Of a DNA stretch of 64,000 bases, positions 8,059 to 16,729 are shown one piece after another; the first letter of the stretch is position 1, and each line of letters starts with the position of its first letter. The notes under the pieces were generated by a model that searched no databases, had not been told where the DNA came from, and saw only the letters and a list, made by a program, of their open reading frames with translations. Source of the stretch: a virus; IMG/VR virus record IMGVR_UViG_3300044701_003423; one strand, given 5' to 3'. The position numbers were made by a program, and so were the translations under genes.

Positions 8059-8475
8059 TTAGCAACCCGCCCCTGTTAGAATTTTCTTAATCATATAAGG
8101 ACTATTGATGGTTTGAACAATTGTTGTACCGTTATAGATATTAAACTGTACGGTTCCCGATACGAGAAGATTTACCTGCTCAGCAGTTAAATTGATACTC
8201 CAAATGCTTCTGTCCATAGCCATAGGAAGAGCCTGAACTTCAAAGGTCTGAGATGCTGATGCTTGTCCAAGTTTAGCAACTTTAGCTCGTTGAAACTTTG
8301 CCTTGACGACTTGGCCAGTTGGCACCATAAAACGTCTTAGGGGGAGCGCATCTGAAATAAGAACTTGAAACGACAGTCTTACAGGAGAGTCTTGAGTTAC
8401 TTCCCAATACTCTAGTGGCGCAATATCGTTGGGTTCGTCAAAAAGGTCTAGGGGTTTTACTTGAAAGTAATACAT
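8059..8475 (-). CDS. hypothetical virion protein
   Basis: 138-aa ORF tightly packed between structural genes. Confidence 0.45.
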   Translation of the reverse strand: MYYFQVKPLDLFDEPNDIAPLEYWEVTQDSPVRLSFQVLISDALPLRRFMVPTGQVVKAKFQRAKVAKLGQASASQTFEVQALPMAMDRSIWSINLTAEQVNLLVSGTVQFNIYNGTTIVQTINSPYMIKKILTGAGC

Positions 8476-8476
8476 G

Positions 8477-11053
8477 TTATTTTTGGCCTTTGAGCTTGTG
8501 TTTTACATGTTCAAGTAGCATTTTACGCTCTTTTGTAGCTTCTGGAGAAGTATCTACCTTAACAGTATCAAGAGCCGTACTGAGTTTATCCATAATTGTT
8601 TTGTGCTCTTCGGGGGTTGCTTTCTTAGTGGCCTTTGAGGGCTTGCCTTCTCCGAGGATTAGCTTTTTCTCAAGGACTTCGTCTGAGCGCATAAGGGTGT
8701 CGGCATCCTTGCGGGTCTTATCTTGAGATGCTGCACGAGCACGGCGGTTAATTTTTGCATCAACGGAGGTGCCTTCTACAAACCCACGAGTAGGGTCTAA
8801 CATAAGCTCGCCTCTGTCAATTTGGTCAACAAGTTCTCTTGTCTTGTTTGTAAGGTTCTTCATAGAACCAGTTAGCCAAATTTCCTTTTCTTTGCCGTCT
8901 TTACCTTTGACCTTGACCTTTTGAACAATTTCTTTAGAGGGGTCGTCAACCGCTTGAGTTCTTGGAATTTCTGGCTTTTTGTATTTTTTTCCTCTTTTTT
9001 CAGACTCTATTCTATTTTCTTCCTCGGTAGATGCCGTTTTTTGATGAGTTGGCAAACCAGCTCTGCGTCTGTAGTAATTCTCTAAGGCAGTTGGCTCATA
9101 CTCTTCTGCTGTTTGCGCCTGTTTCTTATAACCGTGTTTGACGTTTATGTCACCCCAATGGGTGTCCATGTCTTTTTGCCAATCAGAAAGTGATTGCTCT
9201 TTAGCCTTAAACTCTTTGCGAGGGTCAATTGACTCCATATCTTTGCCGTATTGATATAGATGACCAACTTCATGAACGAGGGAATCTGGATTGCCAATAT
9301 GCTCAACGACATTGTCATGAAAATTTGGCTTATCAATTACTTTGCCAGATGCAGCTACCTTACCGGGAGCGCGTTTGGCTTCTAGTCCAAACCTTCTTTT
9401 AATCATATCGGTTAAAGCAGCAATTTGCTTTTCTCTGCGTGGCGAGCCGGCTGATGTTTTCCATCCTCCAAACACGGCTTCGCGCTGCTTACGAACATTC
9501 TTGCCTTTTTCTAATTCTTCTTTTGGCTTTTGAGTTTTGGCTTTGTCTGCTTGTTGTTTTTCACGCTCAAGCATTGCCCAAATGTGCATTTTGCTTTCTG
9601 GACGCAACTCTTGCTCTTCCTGAGCGGCGGACTCTCTCTGTTCTTGGAGAGGGTCGTGCCACTTAGGAAGTTGAGTCTTCTTATCTTCTTTGAAATAACC
9701 TGATTTGTTTAGTTCACTTTTTTTTTTATCAGCGGCTTTGGCTACGTTTTCAGCGCCTTCTTTAATCTTCTCCAAGTCAGCATCTGCCTTAAGCTGTTTA
9801 GCCTGCGGCATTCCCTTGGTAGGCTTCTCTTGCTCTTTGACCTTCATGTCGGCTTTTTCAAGGTCTTCTGACTTTTTAGCACTATCAACAGAAGCATGGC
9901 AAACGGCCCATGGATTGACTTTGTCGCCTGACTTCTTTTTAACAGCGAGTACGCAACGCTCAAACTTAGCTTTCTTGGAATCAGACTTAGCTAGTTCTGG
10001 ACGTGGACCTTCCCAGTTACTCTTAACTCTTTGAGCCAAAGCACGCTCGTTTTTAGCTGCTTTTGGTTGTTGAGCAACCAACTCTTTAGGGGCTGCCTTT
10101 GTATCGGTGGAAATGACTTTCTTGTCTTTCATGCTAATAACGTCGCCTTTATCCAACTCTTCAGTTGGTTGGCCGTGTTCATATGACAAGTAATGAGCGA
10201 TATCGGACAAATACTGTCTAGCAACAGTAATCTTTGAATCAACCCAATCTTCAAGGTCTTCGGACTCAACAACCATCTTGTCGAGTGCTTGAGCATACTC
10301 CATGATGTCTTTGAGGTCTTTTTTAGCCATGCGACTTTCAGACTCGTCTGCTTTAGACATAGCCATAGATGCAGGTGCTGCAGGTACAGGTGGGCGCATC
10401 ATTGGGGGAGTTGCTCCGCCAGCGCCGGGGGTTCCTGTGCCGTTCATTTTAGCTAGTTTCTCTTTGCGGAGAGCGGCAAGAATCTTAGAACGCATGTCAG
10501 GTTTAGCTTCGGACAATACTTCATTGACTTTGGCGGGACCCTTGATTGCCTCAACAGCTTCTTTGACATCTGATTTTTTCAAACTCATGGGAACGCTCGC
10601 CTCCGTCCAATCTTTATTTGCGGTCATATCTTTTGGCATTGGTATTTCTGCGTGTACTGGAGTTGCATGAAACAACGCCACTACATTTGGAAGACCGCTC
10701 GCCGAGTTCTTAAAGCCTAAATATCCTTTTTCTTTCAACAACTTAAAGTAAGCATCCTGCATACTTCCAATGGGCTTTTGTAGCCATTGTTGCTTAGCCT
10801 GCTGTTGATTTTCAAGGTCATTAGCAATATCAATGATTTTATCATGTCCTGGGTGCTTAACTATGTATTTTGACTTAGCTCCACCTGTCACAACTGACTC
10901 TGTTGGCGTGCCTTCTTCATAAAAGTAGACGCGGGGGTGAATGGGCTTACCGTGTTTAGCTTCGGGGGAATGCTTACCCGCAGTTCCTTGAAACTCTGGG
11001 TCTAAGGCAGTCAGACCGGAAGTTGTGGAGAAATGAACTAAGTATGGATTCAT
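8477..11053 (-). CDS. large Lys/Glu-rich virion protein with HExxH metallopeptidase motif
   Basis: 858 aa. LVHEVGHLYQY is a zincin HExxH. The long low-complexity charged regions are typical of internal/ejected virion proteins. Confidence 0.5.
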   Translation of the reverse strand: MNPYLVHFSTTSGLTALDPEFQGTAGKHSPEAKHGKPIHPRVYFYEEGTPTESVVTGGAKSKYIVKHPGHDKIIDIANDLENQQQAKQQWLQKPIGSMQDAYFKLLKEKGYLGFKNSASGLPNVVALFHATPVHAEIPMPKDMTANKDWTEASVPMSLKKSDVKEAVEAIKGPAKVNEVLSEAKPDMRSKILAALRKEKLAKMNGTGTPGAGGATPPMMRPPVPAAPASMAMSKADESESRMAKKDLKDIMEYAQALDKMVVESEDLEDWVDSKITVARQYLSDIAHYLSYEHGQPTEELDKGDVISMKDKKVISTDTKAAPKELVAQQPKAAKNERALAQRVKSNWEGPRPELAKSDSKKAKFERCVLAVKKKSGDKVNPWAVCHASVDSAKKSEDLEKADMKVKEQEKPTKGMPQAKQLKADADLEKIKEGAENVAKAADKKKSELNKSGYFKEDKKTQLPKWHDPLQEQRESAAQEEQELRPESKMHIWAMLEREKQQADKAKTQKPKEELEKGKNVRKQREAVFGGWKTSAGSPRREKQIAALTDMIKRRFGLEAKRAPGKVAASGKVIDKPNFHDNVVEHIGNPDSLVHEVGHLYQYGKDMESIDPRKEFKAKEQSLSDWQKDMDTHWGDINVKHGYKKQAQTAEEYEPTALENYYRRRAGLPTHQKTASTEEENRIESEKRGKKYKKPEIPRTQAVDDPSKEIVQKVKVKGKDGKEKEIWLTGSMKNLTNKTRELVDQIDRGELMLDPTRGFVEGTSVDAKINRRARAASQDKTRKDADTLMRSDEVLEKKLILGEGKPSKATKKATPEEHKTIMDKLSTALDTVKVDTSPEATKERKMLLEHVKHKLKGQK

Positions 11054-11310
11054 TCTTCCTCGTCTTTCACAAGTTTAAGTTTTGCCTTGCTCTTTTGAGC
11101 CGTAACGGCTTTGTCCCATTTTATCCTATCGACAATCTTTGATTGTTTGTTTAGGGCTTTTCTTATTTTTTCATTACGGTCGGCGTCTGGGGGATTATCC
11201 CAAAGCTCTTTGGGCAACTGCCTCTTAACTTCTTCAGAAAACTGCCTTAGCCTAAAGTGGCTATATGGGTAAACATTGTCTGGCAATTCATCGTCTTTGT
11301 TATCAGACAT
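11050..11310 (-). CDS. hypothetical protein
   Basis: 86-aa ORF with a 4-nt overlap with the downstream gene. Confidence 0.5.
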   Translation of the reverse strand: MSDNKDDELPDNVYPYSHFRLRQFSEEVKRQLPKELWDNPPDADRNEKIRKALNKQSKIVDRIKWDKAVTAQKSKAKLKLVKDEEE

Positions 11311-11313
11311 TGA

Positions 11314-12564
11314 TTAACCCAGTTTATTTTCTTCGATGCGACGAGTCGTGTCGCCCTTATCTACCAAATCTCTGCTTTTATCCCAGTGCATTTGAGCCTG
11401 CTGCTTGTGAAAGCTCACAAGGGAAGACTCCATCTTGGGATTTTGTTTAATCTTTTCTTGATGACGCCAATAAGCATCAAGGTGCTCCTGAGCATTAAAC
11501 TTGGCGTGCTCTGGGTGACTGAAATGACTATAAATAGTCTTTTTCTCTTTTTTGGTGCCGCCCATAGAGAAAGGCTTGGCATATTGGCCATTAGTGACTT
11601 TGGGTGCAGACCAAAGAGCTTTAACAAGCCGACTTTTAACTAACTGAAGTTTTGGTTTTTTGGGTTCGTCTATTTGGTCTGCGCTGACATAAACGGCACT
11701 ATGGCCTTTTGATTCCGCCGAGTCCAAAGCTCTGTCGATTCTTGGCTCGTCCAAGATGCCATAGTTTTCTAGGCTTGGTAGCTTATCGACGTGAACATGA
11801 ACGCCTACTAGATTGTCATGGCTTGGATGTGTTTTGAGATAAAGCGGGATACCAACAGGGGACTCATCTTCAGACATAAGGAGTTTGGGCTGAATAGACG
11901 ACTCTTGTTTAGGAGCTTTATCTACAACTTTTGACTTAAGCTGCGCAATAATTTCTTTGTTTTTGAGTTGTCTTTGTTTTTTAATATTTTCTTTTTGTTG
12001 TTCAGGAGTTACAGCTTTTTCCATATCTTGCAACCTTTTGGCCTGCTTACTGTATTGAGCAATATGGGGCAACATAGAGGCATCTTCTGCGGAAGGTTCT
12101 CTGTATGGCTTTGTAATATTGACTTTAAATCCAGCTTCTTGTTTGAGTCTGTTCCAGTTTTTAAAGGCTGGCATCGACTGCATTACGTCTGAGTGTAATG
12201 TGCCATGAGACTTAACGGCTTCCCTTAGAGCAACGTAATTGAGTCTGTTGCCTTGGAAGTTCGGATGAGTTGCTGCTGCATAGACAGTCATTGGCTCATT
12301 TTCATTCTGTCTTGCTGCCAACAAAGTAGACACACCTGATTGATGGGGGTCATGGTGCATTGAGACAAGATGGCGAGCATTTGTCCCATCGTCTGACTCA
12401 AAGTGATGCACATAAACACTGCCGAAACGTTCGTGAGGAACGCGAGTCGTGCTAACATGGGTTTCGTTTGGCCTCATGCCATCGTACTTGGCAATTTTAA
12501 GAACGCCTTCTGATGGTTCGTTGGAGACTAAGACTTTTTCGAGTTTTTTGTCTTTAACTTCCAT
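11314..12564 (-). CDS. hypothetical virion protein
   Basis: 416-aa ORF in the same operon. No recognised motif. Confidence 0.5.
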   Translation of the reverse strand: MEVKDKKLEKVLVSNEPSEGVLKIAKYDGMRPNETHVSTTRVPHERFGSVYVHHFESDDGTNARHLVSMHHDPHQSGVSTLLAARQNENEPMTVYAAATHPNFQGNRLNYVALREAVKSHGTLHSDVMQSMPAFKNWNRLKQEAGFKVNITKPYREPSAEDASMLPHIAQYSKQAKRLQDMEKAVTPEQQKENIKKQRQLKNKEIIAQLKSKVVDKAPKQESSIQPKLLMSEDESPVGIPLYLKTHPSHDNLVGVHVHVDKLPSLENYGILDEPRIDRALDSAESKGHSAVYVSADQIDEPKKPKLQLVKSRLVKALWSAPKVTNGQYAKPFSMGGTKKEKKTIYSHFSHPEHAKFNAQEHLDAYWRHQEKIKQNPKMESSLVSFHKQQAQMHWDKSRDLVDKGDTTRRIEENKLG

Positions 12565-14263
12565 GGAAAGGAGCCTTCTTCTTTACAGGAGGTTGGGACT
12601 GAGGCAAAGCTTCTTCAATGCGCTCTTTAACGGGGTGGTTTTCAGGTAACTGTTTATGGAACTTTTTAATGTAGTTGCCTTCTTTTGATTTTTCATCGTT
12701 GATAACAGCATCAAGGCCACCCTTTTGATAGAGCCTCTTTGTTCTAGGCCAGTGCCAATGATGGGCATGAGTTGCCATAATTTCAAGTTCTACTGGGTCA
12801 GAAGTAACACTTGAAAGATTTTCCATGCTGTGTTTTCTTGAAGCTTCAAAAATAGCTTTGTCGTGTTCTGGGTTTTCTGTAATCTTGTTGATTTGTTGGT
12901 ACAACTGCCCGCGAACATCTTTGGGTGTTTTTTGAACAAACGCTGCGGTATCGTAAAAGTTTTTTGTTTTATGCTTTGATAGGTGTGGCTCTAGTATTTC
13001 GCCAACCATCTTGCCTTGAGGTGACTCTCTAAATTCTGGGCTACGAGCGTATAGCTCCATGACTCTTGTTGGTAGAAGGCCATAACGGGATACTGCTCTT
13101 TGGTTTTGTTTTGGAATAAACTTATGAATAATATTTTTGCCACCCGACGACTCAATCATGGAGATTGCGTCGTGAGCGCCGAAGTCTGGGTATTTTTCTT
13201 TTGGAATTGGCTTAGCAGTTATTTCAGTTTGAGTTGGGTTACCTGAAGCTGCGGCAAACTGAGTCGGCATCATTCCTGCCAACGCCGTCAAACCTGCGGC
13301 AACTTTACCGCTTATTTTTTTTTCGAGGGGCTCTTCCGCTTGGAAGCCCATCTTATCGGCCATTTTGAAGTGGTGGAGAGCCTTGTCGTGAAACTCACGG
13401 GCTTTCTTCCTATCGCCCATTTTGTGAGCTTTTTGAGCCATTCCTTTATACTCAACGCCCAAACGATTGTGGTGATGACTGTCTAATTGTTCACCTTGAT
13501 ACTGTCCCGCCTCAATTGCTTCGGCAGTAATAGACTTTTTAATCTTTCTGCATGAGCCTTTTGAATATGGCTTTTTGCCAGGAGTCGGTTCGTAGCCTTC
13601 CCAACAGCGACCTGCTTTTTCTAGTTCATCAGCTAGTCCAGAACCTTTGAGCTTTGAATAGTATGAAGGGTCTTCGGAGAGATGGTCTGCAACAATCTCT
13701 TGAGCAACTTCGCGGTCTTTAGTGTGCTCCATTTCAACTTTGAGGCCCATCTCAACTTGTTTTGCATCAAAATCTGAAATGTCTTTAGTGTCGCCTTTAC
13801 CACCGGCGAGCTTGTCTGACTTTTTACAAGCACATTGTTTAAGTGCCTTCATCAAGGCCGACATGCCTGTTTTTTCATCTGACTTTGTAATCGTTGGTTC
13901 CGCTGCTTTTAAAGCAAGCTTATTATCAATATGGTCGCGCAAGAATGCGGCGAGCTTTACTTTAGGGGGCATGTCTGATTTTTGAAGCGACTTACGACAT
14001 TTCCATCTTTTAAGGGCAGCGCCTTTGGGAGTAAGCTGACCATCTTTAGATGTTGGGCCCTTAACTCCCGACATTCTTGCGCAAAAAGATTTACGTCTAT
14101 TTGCCGCTTTAGAGCCGGCCTTAACTTTTCCTGTTACTGGACGCTTAAGATTAGAACCTTCTTCGCGGTTAATACGCGCACGTTCTTTATCGTTAAGACC
14201 GCCGGTGCGAGAATGTTTCTTTTTATTGTAGCCTTTAAAAGGTTTCTTTTTCTTCTCAGCCAT
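12554..14263 (-). CDS. internal virion protein with DUF5661-like module and possible lytic transglycosylase segment
   Basis: 569 aa. MGLKVEMEHTKDREVAQEIVADHLSEDPSYYSKL matches the DUF5661 pattern. MIESSGGKN...SRYGLLP weakly resembles an SLT catalytic Glu-Ser region. Confidence 0.5.
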   Translation of the reverse strand: MAEKKKKPFKGYNKKKHSRTGGLNDKERARINREEGSNLKRPVTGKVKAGSKAANRRKSFCARMSGVKGPTSKDGQLTPKGAALKRWKCRKSLQKSDMPPKVKLAAFLRDHIDNKLALKAAEPTITKSDEKTGMSALMKALKQCACKKSDKLAGGKGDTKDISDFDAKQVEMGLKVEMEHTKDREVAQEIVADHLSEDPSYYSKLKGSGLADELEKAGRCWEGYEPTPGKKPYSKGSCRKIKKSITAEAIEAGQYQGEQLDSHHHNRLGVEYKGMAQKAHKMGDRKKAREFHDKALHHFKMADKMGFQAEEPLEKKISGKVAAGLTALAGMMPTQFAAASGNPTQTEITAKPIPKEKYPDFGAHDAISMIESSGGKNIIHKFIPKQNQRAVSRYGLLPTRVMELYARSPEFRESPQGKMVGEILEPHLSKHKTKNFYDTAAFVQKTPKDVRGQLYQQINKITENPEHDKAIFEASRKHSMENLSSVTSDPVELEIMATHAHHWHWPRTKRLYQKGGLDAVINDEKSKEGNYIKKFHKQLPENHPVKERIEEALPQSQPPVKKKAPFHGS

Positions 14264-14264
14264 A

Positions 14265-14720
14265 TCAACCAGCCACTTTCAAGATAAATTGTACAACTGT
14301 GATGATAAATCCAACGGCGCTGGCGCCCCACACAACAAAAGTTTTAATTTTGCTAACTTCTGTGCCGACTTCTGTAACTTTTTGTAAAAGTTCTTTTTGT
14401 TCTGTAAATACTTTTGTATCTTGGCGCTCTAGTTCTTCTTTATTTAATTTGACTAGATTTTCGAGGGCATCGGTGCGGCGCATATGTTCAGCAAGTTGCT
14501 GAGCCTGAACGGCTAGAGTTTTATCAGAACTAAGAGATAGAGCTTCAACGGCCTCTACGTTCTTTTTAATATCTTTGACGTGGTCAGACAGTTCAGATAG
14601 TTTTTCGACAATTACATCATTAGATACTGATGCTTGTTTAACAACTATCTTACTGGTTCTTGGGCTGCTCACGCTTTGAAGTTTTCGGCTGTTGCTGTTC
14701 TTCTTCTCTGACATTAACAT
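14265..14720 (-). CDS. coiled-coil protein with C-terminal transmembrane anchor
   Basis: 151 aa. C-terminal FVVWGASAVGFIITVVQFILKVAG. It overlaps the upstream ORF by 71 nt, so the start is uncertain. Confidence 0.5.
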   Translation of the reverse strand: MLMSEKKNSNSRKLQSVSSPRTSKIVVKQASVSNDVIVEKLSELSDHVKDIKKNVEAVEALSLSSDKTLAVQAQQLAEHMRRTDALENLVKLNKEELERQDTKVFTEQKELLQKVTEVGTEVSKIKTFVVWGASAVGFIITVVQFILKVAG

Positions 14721-14919
14721 TTACCCCTAAACTCTTACCATGCTTAGCAACCTGCGCTGCCTGCCAAGCATTAGAACCACCAATGACACCTACTATAGTT
14801 ACAATTGCCCAAATAAAATCACCTGTTACAGAAGACGATGAACGCCATGCCAGCAACGCAAGGAGCGTCATGGCGAATAATCCTGCAAATAATCGTCTGT
14901 CTGTCCAGATAAATTTCAT
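14650..14919 (-). CDS. small two-TMD membrane protein (holin-like topology)
   Basis: 89 aa with two hydrophobic helices followed by a highly charged C-terminal tail (REEEQQQPKTSKREQPKNQ). Confidence 0.45.
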   Translation of the reverse strand: MKFIWTDRRLFAGLFAMTLLALLAWRSSSSVTGDFIWAIVTIVGVIGGSNAWQAAQVAKHGKSLGVNVNVREEEQQQPKTSKREQPKNQ

Positions 14920-14935
14920 AGTTCTATTTTACAAC

Positions 14936-14979
14936 AAAAAAAGCGGCTCAAGTGCATGTTTTTCATACAAAAGAGCCGC
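14936..14979 (-). terminator. rho-independent terminator
   Basis: Stem gcggctc / gagccgc (14943-14949 / 14973-14979), followed on the minus strand by 7 T. It lies after the stop of 15001..15711. The loop is large (23 nt). Confidence 0.5.
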
Positions 14980-15000
14980 CTTTAGTTAAAAACTAAGAAA

Positions 15001-15711
15001 TTATTTCTTAGTTGGGATTTTGACACCCTTGAGTTCAGCCTTAGTGTAAACATCGCGGAGTTCAGCAGGTGAACTAGCCCAGTTAGCATCCTGAACGAGA
15101 GATACAGGAGCCTTGGTGTTGAGTAGATACTCAACGACTTCTGACTTGCTGAGCATCTCAGGAACAGCGTCTGACTTAGCCATTGTCTGAACTTCAGCGC
15201 GGTTCATAGCTGCAGGACGGCTAACAGGAGCTGACTTCTTGAGAGAAGCATTTTCAGCGCGAAGGCTGTCAATTGACTTCTTCATTTCGTCCATAGTCTT
15301 CTTCATGTCGTCCATAGCTTTGCCCATTTCAGGAGCAGGAGCCGCAGGAGCTTCTGGAGCTGGAGCAGCTTCGCCGCCCTTACGAGCAGCCATTTCAGCC
15401 TGAACAGCGGCCATTAGTTCCTGAAGGTCTTCATCGTCAAGAGCTTTGACAACTTCGTCGAGTGACTCGCCGCCCTCTTCGGAAGCGTCTTCAAGTTCTT
15501 CGGCTTGATCTTCAATCTTGTCTTCGCCGCCTTCCATCTCAGGAGCTTCGCCGCCTTCCATCTCAGGAGCAGGAGCAGCTTCGCCGCCTTCCATTTCAGC
15601 GCCTTCTTCTTTTTCTTCGCCTTCTGCCTTATACATATCTGACTTAGCAAGTTTTTCAACTTCTGCAGTCAGACTGTTGATTTCTTCTAATAGATTTTTA
15701 ATATCGTCCAT
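15001..15711 (-). CDS. acidic repeat protein, scaffold-like
   Basis: 236 aa. N-terminal coiled coil, EMEGGEA(APAP) repeats and Ala/Pro/Glu-rich composition, with GC-rich codon bias. The scaffold role is inferred from composition and context. Confidence 0.45.
   Translation of the reverse strand: MDDIKNLLEEINSLTAEVEKLAKSDMYKAEGEEKEEGAEMEGGEAAPAPEMEGGEAPEMEGGEDKIEDQAEELEDASEEGGESLDEVVKALDDEDLQELMAAVQAEMAARKGGEAAPAPEAPAAPAPEMGKAMDDMKKTMDEMKKSIDSLRAENASLKKSAPVSRPAAMNRAEVQTMAKSDAVPEMLSKSEVVEYLLNTKAPVSLVQDANWASSPAELRDVYTKAELKGVKIPTKK
15522..15600. repeat. in-frame tandem repeat (about 24 nt unit, 3 copies)
   Basis: cttcgccgccttccatctcaggag is repeated and encodes PEMEGGEA units inside 15001..15711. 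Confidence 0.7.
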
Positions 15712-15750
15712 TTTTCTTCTCCTTGTGTTTAAAAGGGGAGTTGACAGCGA

Positions 15751-16245
15751 TTAAACGCCGCCAACAACCGCTGTACGAGAAGGAGCAAGAGCCATGCTGT
15801 CTGCTGGAAGGCTGTCAGCACCGGCACCGTTGATTCCTTTGAATGCAGGAAGAACGCCATTTGCAGTGAGCTTGAGTTCAACGGGTGAACCAAGAACGCC
15901 GCGAAGGCAATGAACAACGTCCTGAACAAACTTAGCATGGTCGCCCATAAGAGCCAAAGGAGCTTCGCAAGCAACCAAAGCATGGACTGAGCCATGGATT
16001 GGAGCGTTGCCGCTGTGGCTGAGGGTGAACATAGAAGCTGGAAGACCGTCGCCTGCTGGAATCAAACGAACTAGAACAGCAACGTCGTTTGTGCTGTAAG
16101 TAGCGTCAGTAAAGTTGACGAAAAGAGAAGCGTAGCCTTCTCCGTCCTGTCCAACAAAGAGAGCTTTGGGGTCTTTCCAGCCGAATGATTTAAGCTGAGT
16201 ATCAACAAGACCCTGTAGTAAACGTAGTTCGCGTGCGTGAGCCAT
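15751..16245 (-). CDS. hypothetical highly expressed virion protein (decoration/head protein?)
   Basis: 164-aa ORF with the same GC-rich biased codon usage as the capsid gene. No motif recognised. Confidence 0.4.
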   Translation of the reverse strand: MAHARELRLLQGLVDTQLKSFGWKDPKALFVGQDGEGYASLFVNFTDATYSTNDVAVLVRLIPAGDGLPASMFTLSHSGNAPIHGSVHALVACEAPLALMGDHAKFVQDVVHCLRGVLGSPVELKLTANGVLPAFKGINGAGADSLPADSMALAPSRTAVVGGV

Positions 16246-16282
16246 GGAAAAATCCCCTATTCTATTTTAGGATTGTACAGGT

Positions 16283-16729
16283 TTATTCCTGCAATGATTC
16301 AATTTTATCACAATCCTCTAAAATGTCAACGTGTTTATCGACTGTTATACCTAACTCCTTTAAATAATTAACATTTGATTCTTTGTGGTCTTCTTTGTAA
16401 ACTACTCTCTCAATTCCGCATGCAGCTATTAGCTTGCAACATTCGGGGCATGGAGCCAAAGTAATATAAATAGTAGCATTTTTAGTTTGTTTTGCTGTAT
16501 TTTTTAATAAAGCGTCCATTTCAGCGTGAATCATATATGGTTGTTTTGATTGGCAAAAATAATCGTCTATCTTCTTTTTAGGAACCGGCTTATTGTGTCC
16601 ATCTGAAATTTTATGGCCATCTTTAACAACAATAGCGCCGACTTGTCGCTTTACATCTGGAGAGCGTTTAGCGACAAGTTCAGCTAATTCCATAAAATGT
16701 TGTTCATCCTTCGCACGCGACACATTCAC
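16283..16729 (-). CDS. dCMP deaminase
   Basis: HAEMDALL ... PCPECCKLIAACGIERVVY is the canonical ComEB/dCMP deaminase signature. The start is uncertain (GTG 16729 or ATG 16693). Confidence 0.8.
   Translation of the reverse strand: MNVSRAKDEQHFMELAELVAKRSPDVKRQVGAIVVKDGHKISDGHNKPVPKKKIDDYFCQSKQPYMIHAEMDALLKNTAKQTKNATIYITLAPCPECCKLIAACGIERVVYKEDHKESNVNYLKELGITVDKHVDILEDCDKIESLQE

Noticed and set aside
9342-10670. Plus-strand ORFs antisense to the 858-aa gene
   Set aside because: The Ser/Leu/Phe-rich translations are typical of the antisense of Lys/Glu-rich coding sequence. There are no start signals.
15414-15754. ORFs 15414..15659 (-), 15462..15647 (+) and 15518..15754 (+) in the acidic-repeat region
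   Set aside because: These are repeat-driven open frames. The 236-aa frame has the SD, the codon bias and the terminator.
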